64,000 bases of DNA from Thermoproteota archaeon (GTDB taxonomy: Archaea > Korarchaeota > Korarchaeia > Korarchaeales > Korarchaeaceae): positions 623,331-687,330 of the forward strand of contig JAOZGC010000002.1 of the NCBI GenBank assembly GCA_027491915.1. Reading direction: 5' to 3'. Positions 1 through 7,476 of this stretch are shown piece after piece. The notes under the pieces were generated by a model. The model was not told the DNA's origin. It saw only the letters and a program-made list of their open reading frames with translations, and made no database searches. Positions within the stretch are counted from its first letter, which is position 1. Each line of letters opens with the position of its first letter. The translations under genes and the position numbers were made by a program.

Positions 1-1
1 A

Positions 2-2065
2 GTGGGACCAGTTCTCCAGGTCCCCGAACCCCAGCCCCGACTCCCCCGGGGGGGAGACCTCCGCCACCTGGAGGACCCTGGGATCCCCACCGAAGAGGGC
101 CGGGTCGTATCCCAGCTCGGTTATCTCGTGGTCGCAGGCGGAGCTCTCCACCACCAGGACCCCGCCCGCCTCCCAGACCGAGTCGGCCACGGCCGACACG
201 AAGTCGGCCACGGCCCACCTCCTCCACTCGAGCCAGTCCCTGAAGGCCGGGTCCGACAGGTTGGCCTCGGGGGGCGGGTCCTCCCAGTACCTCTCCTCGA
301 AGTCCCGGGCCCCCCACCTGGAGGCGTCGGGCCAGAGATCCGACATCTCCTCGGTCATCCAGGTGGGCATGTGGGGGACGTCCAGCCAGACGCCGTCGGC
401 CCCGCCCTCGGACACCAGCCTGGCGGCCCTGTCGGTCACGAACCCGCGGTGCGGGGAGAAGGGGGACATCTCGGCCACGGTCTCCTCCGGGGACAGCCAC
501 GGGACGTCTATGTTCTCCCCGCTGACCACCAGGGGCCTCCCGTCCAGGGACACCTGGAACCACCCCCTGGCCTCCGCCGGCGGGGGTTCCCCGGGTCCCC
601 AGTCCACCTCCAGGGCCGGGACGTAGACGACGACCCTCCCCCCCAGCGAGTGGACCAGGGAGGTGACGTTCCGCACGAACCCCAGGGTCTCCTCGAACTC
701 CCTCTCGTCGTACATCCTGCGGGCCGACCCGATCCCGACGTCCAGCTCTATCACGCTGGCCCCCTCTTCCAGCGCCTCCCCTATCCGGGAGGCGACCCCG
801 GCCCATTCCTCCCCCGGCTCCGCGTAGACCGACACCACGGTCGCCCCGGTGAGCCAGCCCGGGTACCCCCCGTACCTCCTGAGCCTCCACGCCCGCTCGA
901 ACTCTGCCAGGGCCGACCTGACCTCGTCCCACAGGCCCATCTCCTCCATCAGCTCGTAGTTGAAGATGTAGAGGCCGTCGGCCCCGGCCGAGGCGAGCCA
1001 CCTGGCCCTCCTCCTGACGAAGAGGCCCGGGTCGTCCGACTCGTTGGCCCCGAACAGGTAGGTGGACGCCACCACCCTCTCGGCCCCCGCCCTTATGGCC
1101 GCCATGACGGCCCTCTTGTGGACCCTCCAGTCCCAGTGCGAGGAGACCATGACGTACAGGGTCCCGGCTACGTCGGCCAGCGCGTGGTAGTCCTCCCCGT
1201 AGGTCTCCAGCGGCCACCATATCAGCAGGTGGGGCCTCACCTCCAGCCCCGGGTTCACCTCCCTGCCGGCCTCGGCCACCAGCCTGACCAGCTCGGTGAC
1301 CTGCTCGGCCCTCCAATCCACCCACCTCTCCCAGAGGTCAGGGTCGGACTCTATGGCCTCGGCCCACTCCCTGGGACCCGATCCCGGCACCTCAACCCCG
1401 GTGTCGCTCTCGAATGCCGACACCGTGAACTCGTCGTAGCTGGTGTAGAGGGTCCTGTCCTCGCCCTCGTCGTAGTAGTCGCTGAACTGGAAGTTGTCGT
1501 TCAGGTCTATCCCGTCGAACCCCATCTCGGCCAGCTCCCTGGCGATCCCCCTGAGGGCCCGGACGCACTCGCCCTCCCTGACGACCCTGGCCGGGGAAAC
1601 TATGGAGTGGAAGTAGTCGTCGGAGTAGTAGTCGGCCGGGCGGCCGTCCGAGTAGACGGCGATCCAGTCCGGGTGCTCGGAGAGCCACACCCCGTGGGGC
1701 AGGTTCACCCAGGCGTAGATCCTCATGCCCAGGGACTTGGCCTCCCTCACCATGCCCCGCAGGTACCCCTCCGGCGGCCAGCCCTCCTCCTCCCTCGGGA
1801 TGTAGTCCGAGTCGTAGAGGGCGCCGTCGTCGTCCACCGCCGTCACCAGCACCGAGTTGAACCCCATATCCCTGAGCCTAGAGAGGACTGCCCTGGGGTC
1901 GCAGTCCCCGGGCTCCGGGCAGGGCTCGTACACGCCGAGCTCCGGCTCCGATCCTCCCCCCGAACCGGCGTCCGCCCGGCCGGCGGCCCCGGTGAGGAGG
2001 ACCGGGACCAGGATCAGCGCGGCCAGGGCGGCCGCCGGCAGTGCGGCCGACACCCGCGCGGGCAC
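2..2065 (-). CDS. Secreted glycoside hydrolase-like protein with two tandem TIM-barrel (GHL10/GHL6-like) domains; runs off the window edge
   Basis: Not in the ORF track because it has no stop in the window. Read manually from GTG at 2065: signal peptide MPARVSAALPAAALAALILVPVLLTGAAG, then LRDMGFNSVLV...EAKSLGMRIYAWVN...GFDGIDLND...WVDWRAEQVTEL, and a second unit VHSLGGRVVVYV...GADGVWLDVP...WLEWRRWAVADFV. The + strand 709-aa ORF is its shadow. Confidence 0.8.
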   Translation of the reverse strand, partial: MPARVSAALPAAALAALILVPVLLTGAAGRADAGSGGGSEPELGVYEPCPEPGDCDPRAVLSRLRDMGFNSVLVTAVDDDGALYDSDYIPREEEGWPPEGYLRGMVREAKSLGMRIYAWVNLPHGVWLSEHPDWIAVYSDGRPADYYSDDYFHSIVSPARVVREGECVRALRGIARELAEMGFDGIDLNDNFQFSDYYDEGEDRTLYTSYDEFTVSAFESDTGVEVPGSGPREWAEAIESDPDLWERWVDWRAEQVTELVRLVAEAGREVNPGLEVRPHLLIWWPLETYGEDYHALADVAGTLYVMVSSHWDWRVHKRAVMAAIRAGAERVVASTYLFGANESDDPGLFVRRRARWLASAGADGLYIFNYELMEEMGLWDEVRSALAEFERAWRLRRYGGYPGWLTGATVVSVYAEPGEEWAGVASRIGEALEEGASVIELDVGIGSARRMYDEREFEETLGFVRNVTSLVHSLGGRVVVYVPALEVDWGPGEPPPAEARGWFQVSLDGRPLVVSGENIDVPWLSPEETVAEMSPFSPHRGFVTDRAARLVSEGGADGVWLDVPHMPTWMTEEMSDLWPDASRWGARDFEERYWEDPPPEANLSDPAFRDWLEWRRWAVADFVSAVADSVWEAGGVLVVESSACDHEITELGYDPALFGGDPRVLQVAEVSPPGESGLGFGDLENWSH

Positions 2066-2107
2066 GGCGGCCCGGCCCGGCCCTACCTTTTAACCCCCCG
2101 GCGCGAG

Positions 2108-2131
2108 TTAGGTCAACCTAAAAGAATATAA
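2108..2131 (+). promoter_or_regulatory. Perfect inverted repeat TTAGGT-ca-ACCTAA abutting a BRE/TATA-like AAAAGAATATAA
   Basis: Palindrome at 2108-2121 in the only AT-rich patch upstream of the 2158 start. Confidence 0.55.
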
Positions 2132-2157
2132 CGGGGTGATCCGCCCGGCCGGTCGGG

Positions 2158-2541
2158 GTGGTCGCGGCGCCGCTCTCCGAGGCGGAGAGGGAGGAGTTGA
2201 GGAGGAGGGTGGTGGGGGCCCTCAGGGAGACCTACGACCCGGAGATCCCGGTCAACGTGTACGACCTGGGCCTGGTCTACGGGCTGGAGGTGGATCTCGA
2301 GGGGAACGTCCGGGTCGACATGACCCTGACCTCCCCCACCTGCCCGGTGGCCGAGACCGTGGCGGCGGCCGCCAGGGCGGCCATCATGGAGGCGGTGGGC
2401 CCTGGGAGGAGGGTGGAGGTCAACCTGGTCTGGGACCCGCCGTGGACCCCCGAGAGGGTCACCCCGGAGGGGAGGGATAGGCTCCGGGAGATATACGGGT
2501 ACGACTTCGTCGGGGAGTGGCTCAGGAGGGTCAGGAGATAG
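2158..2541 (+). CDS. MIP18/SufT (DUF59) Fe-S assembly family protein
   Basis: YDPEIPVNVYDLGLVY, MTLTSPTCP, VWDPPWTPE motifs. Confidence 0.92.
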   Translation: MVAAPLSEAEREELRRRVVGALRETYDPEIPVNVYDLGLVYGLEVDLEGNVRVDMTLTSPTCPVAETVAAAARAAIMEAVGPGRRVEVNLVWDPPWTPERVTPEGRDRLREIYGYDFVGEWLRRVRR

Positions 2542-2573
2542 TAGGTAGTGAGGTTGAGGAGGGGGGAACCGAC

Positions 2574-2990
2574 TTGGGTGTGTCGAAGCGGGATCGGGAC
2601 GTCGTCGCCCGCTTGATCTGGAGGCTCGGGTGCGCCAGCCCGTTCAGGATATCCAGGATCCTCCTGCTGGCCGAGTGGGCCGCGGAGGAGAGGACCGGCC
2701 GTCGCCTGACGGGGCTGACCTACGCCGGGGCCAGCTTCGGCTTCTACGTGGAGGAGCTCCCGTCCATCGCGGAGTCGCTGGAGGCCGAGGGGTGCCTGAA
2801 GAGGGACGAGGAGCGCAGGTGTCTCAGGTACTCCTGCGATCCGCCGGAGCTCCCGCCCGACGTCGCGGACCTGCTGGAGGAGGTCTCGAGGGGGGCGGAG
2901 CGGCTGGACGACCTGAGCCTGAACAGGGCCGTGATAGGGGACCCGAGGTACCCCAGGTGGGTCGCGGGCGCGGGGGGAGGCGGGCGTTGA
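2574..2990 (+). CDS. Hypothetical winged-helix protein, possibly Panacea/DUF4065-like
   Basis: TTG/GTG start after a GGAGG-rich RBS; FRISRILLLAEW...LTGLTYAGASFGFYVEEL resembles the KLLYLAD...TG..Y....GP pattern; overlaps the next gene (TTGA). Confidence 0.6.
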   Translation: MGVSKRDRDVVARLIWRLGCASPFRISRILLLAEWAAEERTGRRLTGLTYAGASFGFYVEELPSIAESLEAEGCLKRDEERRCLRYSCDPPELPPDVADLLEEVSRGAERLDDLSLNRAVIGDPRYPRWVAGAGGGGR

Positions 2991-3859
2991 TAGTCTCGGT
3001 CTCCGGCGGGAAGGGCGGGACCGGGAAGTCCACGGTGGCCGTGAACCTGGCGGCCCTCCTGTCCAGGGGGAGGAGGCTGGTGCTGGCCGACCTGGACGTC
3101 GAGGACCCCAACGATCACATCCTCCTGGGCGTGGGCCTGGAGAGGGAGGAGCCCGTGAACGTCATGCTGCCCTTCGTCGACTACCGGAGGTGCACCAAGT
3201 GCGGGGTCTGCGGGAAGGTCTGCGACACCGGGGCCATGCTGATCTCCCCGCAGGGCGTCCCCTTCCTGATACCCAGGCTGTGCAGCGGGTGCAGGGCCTG
3301 CTACTTCGCCTGCCCCGAGGGGGCGATAGTCGAGGGTGGGCGGACCATAGCCTACACCTACCTGACGGACGTCTCCCTGGACGGCGCCGAGTTCGAGCTG
3401 GTGACCGGCTCCCTCAGGGAGGGGGAGGAGCACACCCCTCCCGCGGTCCTGGCGGCCAAGGAGAGGGCCCTCTCGCTGGACGCCGACGTCCACCTGATCG
3501 ACACCTCCGCCGGGACCGGGAACTCCGTGGCGACCGCCGTGGACGGGTCGGACCTCCTGATAGCCGTGACCGAGCCCACCCCCCTGGGCCTCCACGACCT
3601 GGGGCTGATCCTCAGGGTGGCCGAGGAGCTGGGGATCGAGAGCTGGGTGGTCATCAACAGGGCCGGCCTGGGCCCCGAGGACGGGCACGTCAGGCTGGCC
3701 GAGGAGCGCGGGGCCAGGGTGGCCGCCAGGATCCCCTACTCCAGGGAGGTGGTGGAGTCCTACGTCGGGGGGTCCCCGATAGTGCTCAGCAGGCCCGGGT
3801 CGGAGGCGGCCAGGGCCCTGGCCGGGCTGGCCGCCATGGTCGAGGAGGTGATGGGATGA
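2987..3859 (+). CDS. MinD/ParA-like P-loop ATPase with inserted 2x[4Fe-4S] ferredoxin domain (COG1149)
   Basis: SGGKGGTGKST, DLDVEDPN, CTKCGVCGKVC, CSGCRACYFACP, VTEPTPLGLHDL. Confidence 0.92.
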   Translation: MIVSVSGGKGGTGKSTVAVNLAALLSRGRRLVLADLDVEDPNDHILLGVGLEREEPVNVMLPFVDYRRCTKCGVCGKVCDTGAMLISPQGVPFLIPRLCSGCRACYFACPEGAIVEGGRTIAYTYLTDVSLDGAEFELVTGSLREGEEHTPPAVLAAKERALSLDADVHLIDTSAGTGNSVATAVDGSDLLIAVTEPTPLGLHDLGLILRVAEELGIESWVVINRAGLGPEDGHVRLAEERGARVAARIPYSREVVESYVGGSPIVLSRPGSEAARALAGLAAMVEEVMG

Positions 3860-4827
3860 TGATAGAGGTGGCAGTGGCCAGCGGGAAGGGGGGGGTCGGC
3901 AAGTCGACCTTCGCGGCCGCCCTGGCGGTGACCCTGGCCCGCAGGGGGAGGAGGATCGTGGCCGTGGACGCCGACGCGGACGCGCCCAACCTGCACCTCG
4001 TCCTCGGGACCGGGGAGAGGTGGGACTGGGAGGAGCCCTACTCCGACGCCATGGTGGCGGAGATAGTCCCGGAGAGGTGCACCGGCTGCGGCGTCTGCCG
4101 CGAGGTCTGCCCCTACGGGGCGGTCTACGTGGAGGACGGGAGTTACCGCATAAACCGGGTGATATGCGAGGGCTGCCTCACGTGCACGCTGGCCTGCCCG
4201 GAGAAGGGGGCCATAAGGAGGAGGAGGGTGGAGTCGGGCAGGATAATGGGGGTCTCCACGCCCTACGGTTTCCCCCTGGTGTCGGCCAGCCTCAACCCCG
4301 GGAGGCCGAACTCCGGCAAGCTGGTCACCGAGGAGAAGGCCAGGGCCCGGAGGATGGGGCCCGAGATCGTGGTGGTCGACTCGGCCGCCGGGATAGGGTG
4401 CCAGGTGGTGTCCAGCCTGGCCGGGGCCGACGCCGCCTTCCTGGTGGTGGAGCCGACGCCCGCCAGCTTCGGCGCGCTGAGGAGGGTGCTCAAGCTCACC
4501 AGGCACTTCTCCCAGCCGGCCGGCGTCCTGATAAACAAGGTCGACATGAACCCCGGCTTCGCCGACGAGATAAGGGAGTTCGCCCGGGGGGAGAACCTGG
4601 ACCTGGTGGGCGAGGTCCCCTACGACGACGCCGTCCCCAGGAGCATGGCCCTGATGAGGCCCGTCTTCGAGGTCTTCCCGGACAGCCCCGCCTCCAAGGC
4701 CCTGATCGAGGCGGCCGAGAGGGTCGCCGACATCCTGGAGGACTGGGAGGGGTGGTACGCGCGGTTCAGGCCCAGGAGGCCGGAGCACTACGTCCCCATC
4801 ATCATAAAGCCCGAGGGGTTCGGGTGA
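3856..4827 (+). CDS. Second COG1149 Fe-S P-loop ATPase
   Basis: ASGKGGVGKST, DADADAPNLHL, CTGCGVCREVCP, CEGCLTCTLACP, SGKLVT, DSAAGIGC. Confidence 0.92.
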   Translation: MMIEVAVASGKGGVGKSTFAAALAVTLARRGRRIVAVDADADAPNLHLVLGTGERWDWEEPYSDAMVAEIVPERCTGCGVCREVCPYGAVYVEDGSYRINRVICEGCLTCTLACPEKGAIRRRRVESGRIMGVSTPYGFPLVSASLNPGRPNSGKLVTEEKARARRMGPEIVVVDSAAGIGCQVVSSLAGADAAFLVVEPTPASFGALRRVLKLTRHFSQPAGVLINKVDMNPGFADEIREFARGENLDLVGEVPYDDAVPRSMALMRPVFEVFPDSPASKALIEAAERVADILEDWEGWYARFRPRRPEHYVPIIIKPEGFG

Positions 4828-4873
4828 GGCGCAGGTTTTTAACGGCGTTAACTCCGGGCGGGGCGGCGGGACC

Positions 4874-5191
4874 ATGAGGGCGGCCTTCATGGTGGAGGAG
4901 GACAGGGGGCTCGACTCCGTCGTCAGCTCCAGGTTCGGCAGGGCCCCCCTAATCGTGATAGTGGACCTGGAGGGGTCCGAGGTCAGGGGGATCAGGACCG
5001 TGGAGAACCCAGGGGCCAGGGCCGGCTCCGGGGCGGCCATAAGGGCGGTCCAGAAGTTGGTGGACGAGGGGGTCCAAGCGGTGGCGGCCGGCGCCTTCGG
5101 GCCCAACGCCATGACCGCCCTGGAGGAGGTCGGCATAAGGAGGATCCAGGTCTCCGGCGTGCCCGTGTCGGAGGCCCTGAGGTCCCTGTGA
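4874..5191 (+). CDS. NifB/NifX (COG1433, ORP/SipA-like) family protein
   Basis: SSRFGRAP, VENPG...GAAI, FGPNAMTAL; own TATA-like TTTTAA at about 4837. Confidence 0.88.
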   Translation: MRAAFMVEEDRGLDSVVSSRFGRAPLIVIVDLEGSEVRGIRTVENPGARAGSGAAIRAVQKLVDEGVQAVAAGAFGPNAMTALEEVGIRRIQVSGVPVSEALRSL

Positions 5192-5311
5192 CCGGCCGCG
5201 CCCCCGCCCGCCGAGCACCGACCTCACCCCGTCGACGGCCGGGCCCTTGGGTGGGAGGCCTCGGCCCAGAGCATCCGACTGGGGGAAGGTCCCCCTAAGA
5301 GAGGTCTAACC

Positions 5312-6697
5312 TCACCTCCCCGGCCCGCCCCCGGCGGGGGGGCCATGCTCGAAAACCCCGATCTGCCCCGCCAGCCAGCGGCCCTCCCCGCCGAGGACCT
5401 CCTCCCCGTCGTACACCACGGTCCCGCGGAGGACGGTGGCCCTCACCCTCCCCCTGAGCCTCCTCCCCAGGAAGGGTCCCTCCGAGTTCCTCGCCAGGAG
5501 CCAGTCCGGGTCGACGGCCGTCTCCCCCCTGGGATCCACCAGCACCAGGTCCCCGTCCGACCCGGGCGCCAGGGCCCCCTTCCTGGGGTAGAGGCCGAAG
5601 ACCCGGGCCGGGTTCTCCGCCAGCAGCTCCACTACCCTGATCAACCCCAGGGAGCCCCTTAGGGCCGCGTCCACCGCCAGGGGGAGCAGGGTCTGGACCC
5701 CGGCGAAGCCGGCGGCGGCCTCCCAGACGTCGCCCTCCCTCTCCTCGGGGGCGTGGGGGGCGTGGTCAGACCCCAGGGTGTCCACGGTCCCGTCGGCGAT
5801 CCCCCTCCAGAGGGCGGCCCGGTGTCTCCCTCCCCTGATCGGCGGGTTCACCTTCATCAGGTTCCCCAGCCTCCCGTAGTCCTTCAGGTCCAGGAGGAGG
5901 TAGTGGGGGCAGGTCTCGGCCGTCATCTTCGCCCCCCGGGACCTCGCCCACCTGACGGCCTCCAGGCCCTCCTCCGAGCTCAGGTGGGCCACGTGGACCC
6001 TCCCCCCCGTGGCGGCCGCCAGCAGCCCGACCCTGCGGACCGCCTCCTCCTCGCACAGGGGGGGCCTGGAGTCCGGGTAGTCTGAGGGATCTCGCCTCCC
6101 GGCGGACCTGATCCTCCCGGTGAACAGCTCAACCAACTCCCCGTTCTCCGCGTGGAAGACCACGGGGAAGCCAGACCGGGCCGACTCCTCCAGGATCCGG
6201 TAGAGGTCGGCGTCCCCCGGGGCCGGCAGGCCCCCGGTCGTGGGACCCAGGAAGACCTTGAACCCCAGGACCCCGGCCCCCAGCATCTCCCCGATCCGGC
6301 CGACGTTCCCCCCGTGGAGCACCCCCAGGAGTCCGAAGTCGACGGAGGCCCTGCCGGAGAGCAGGGAGGCCTTCTCCCGGACGGCCTCCCCGGAGTCGAC
6401 CGGCGGCACGGTGTTTGGCATCTCCACCACCGTGGTGACCCCGCCCGCCGCGGCCGCCGCGGTCCCCGTTGAGAAGTCCCCCTCCCTCTCCAGCCCCGGC
6501 TCCCTCATGTGGACGTGGCCGTCGACGGCCCCCGGCATCACCAGGAGGCCGGCGGCGTCCAGCCTCTCCGCGGGGAGGTCCGACAGCCCCCTCCCGACGG
6601 CCGCCACCGACCCCTCCTCTATCAGCACGTCGGCCTCCAGGACGCCCCACGGCAGGACCACCCTGCCGCCCCTGACGACCAGGCTCCCCCCCGGCAT
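5312..6697 (-). CDS. pyrC: Dihydroorotase-family cyclic amidohydrolase (allantoinase not excluded)
   Basis: DGHVHMREPG, EMPNT, FKVF, FHAEN, HVAHLS, ETCPHYL, KVNPPIR, GSDHAPH. Confidence 0.8.
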   Translation of the reverse strand: MPGGSLVVRGGRVVLPWGVLEADVLIEEGSVAAVGRGLSDLPAERLDAAGLLVMPGAVDGHVHMREPGLEREGDFSTGTAAAAAGGVTTVVEMPNTVPPVDSGEAVREKASLLSGRASVDFGLLGVLHGGNVGRIGEMLGAGVLGFKVFLGPTTGGLPAPGDADLYRILEESARSGFPVVFHAENGELVELFTGRIRSAGRRDPSDYPDSRPPLCEEEAVRRVGLLAAATGGRVHVAHLSSEEGLEAVRWARSRGAKMTAETCPHYLLLDLKDYGRLGNLMKVNPPIRGGRHRAALWRGIADGTVDTLGSDHAPHAPEEREGDVWEAAAGFAGVQTLLPLAVDAALRGSLGLIRVVELLAENPARVFGLYPRKGALAPGSDGDLVLVDPRGETAVDPDWLLARNSEGPFLGRRLRGRVRATVLRGTVVYDGEEVLGGEGRWLAGQIGVFEHGPPAGGGPGR

Positions 6698-6749
6698 GAT
6701 CCCGGCCGCGGCCGGTCGGGACCGACCCCATTAAAAGGCCCCCCGGGGG

Positions 6750-7049
6750 GTGGCCGCGGTGGGAGCCCTGACCCTCCTCCTGAGGAGGACCGGGTGGACG
6801 AGGGAGGCCCTCTCCTTCGCCTCCAAGCTCAGCGAGGTCCTGGGGGACGACCTGGTCGCCGTCTACGTGGCCCCCTCCCCGGACTCCGCGGTGGACGGGG
6901 TCAACGCCCTGGTGGTGGTCAGGGACCCCGGGAGGGTCGAGCGGAGGGTGGTGGAGGTGGCCTCCGAGTTCGGCGTCTCGCCGGCGGTGGCGGCCGAGGG
7001 CGACCCGGAGGCGAGGTCCCTTGGGGAGGCCTTCAGGCGCGTCTTCTGA
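6750..7049 (+). CDS. Degenerate MNT (minimal nucleotidyltransferase)-like antitoxin
   Basis: EVLGDDLVAVYV...DGVNALVVV pattern without the canonical GS/DxD; overlaps a HEPN gene. Confidence 0.6.
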   Translation: MAAVGALTLLLRRTGWTREALSFASKLSEVLGDDLVAVYVAPSPDSAVDGVNALVVVRDPGRVERRVVEVASEFGVSPAVAAEGDPEARSLGEAFRRVF

Positions 7050-7401
7050 GTACGCCGAGAAGGCCGTCAGGATGCTAGAGGCGGCCAGGTTCGATCTGGA
7101 GAGTGAGATGTTCGACAAGGCCGTCAGCGCCGCCTACTTCGCCGTCGAGGCGGCCCTGAACTCCCTGTCCGTCTCGAGGCAGGGGACCGTCCCTTCCGGG
7201 TTCAGGAGCAGGCTGAGGCTCGTGGAGAGGTGGTTCGGAGAGGAGTTCAGGAGGGAGTACGCCCTGCTCCACCACGCCAGGGTCAAGGCGGATCACGGGA
7301 GGAGCCTGACCTCCAGGGAGGCGGCCGAGGACGCCCTGAGGGTCGCGGAGGGGCTGGTGTCCTCCCTGCTGCGGGCCCCCGGGGGCCCGGGGTCCGGCTG
7401 A
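7021..7401 (+). CDS. HEPN domain protein
   Basis: AVRMLEAARFDLE...AVSAAYFAVEAA...ARVKADH. Confidence 0.82.
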   Translation: MGRPSGASSEYAEKAVRMLEAARFDLESEMFDKAVSAAYFAVEAALNSLSVSRQGTVPSGFRSRLRLVERWFGEEFRREYALLHHARVKADHGRSLTSREAAEDALRVAEGLVSSLLRAPGGPGSG

Positions 7402-7476
7402 ACGGATCGTAAAATATTTTTTCTCTATATGTGCTCACCTTTTTATCCTGCCGCCTTCTCCTAGCCGAAGATCTGA

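Noticed and set aside
2-2131. 709-aa + strand ORF, and similar long ORFs such as 13736-15883 -, 14329-16746 +, 18301-20058 + and 60692-62668 -
   Set aside because: Pro/Gly/Arg-rich antisense or off-frame shadows of real genes; stop codons are scarce at this GC content and no motifs are present
4874-5191. Nitrogen fixation inferred from the NifB/NifX-like genes
   Set aside because: No nifHDK in the window; stand-alone COG1433 proteins are common in non-diazotrophic anaerobes
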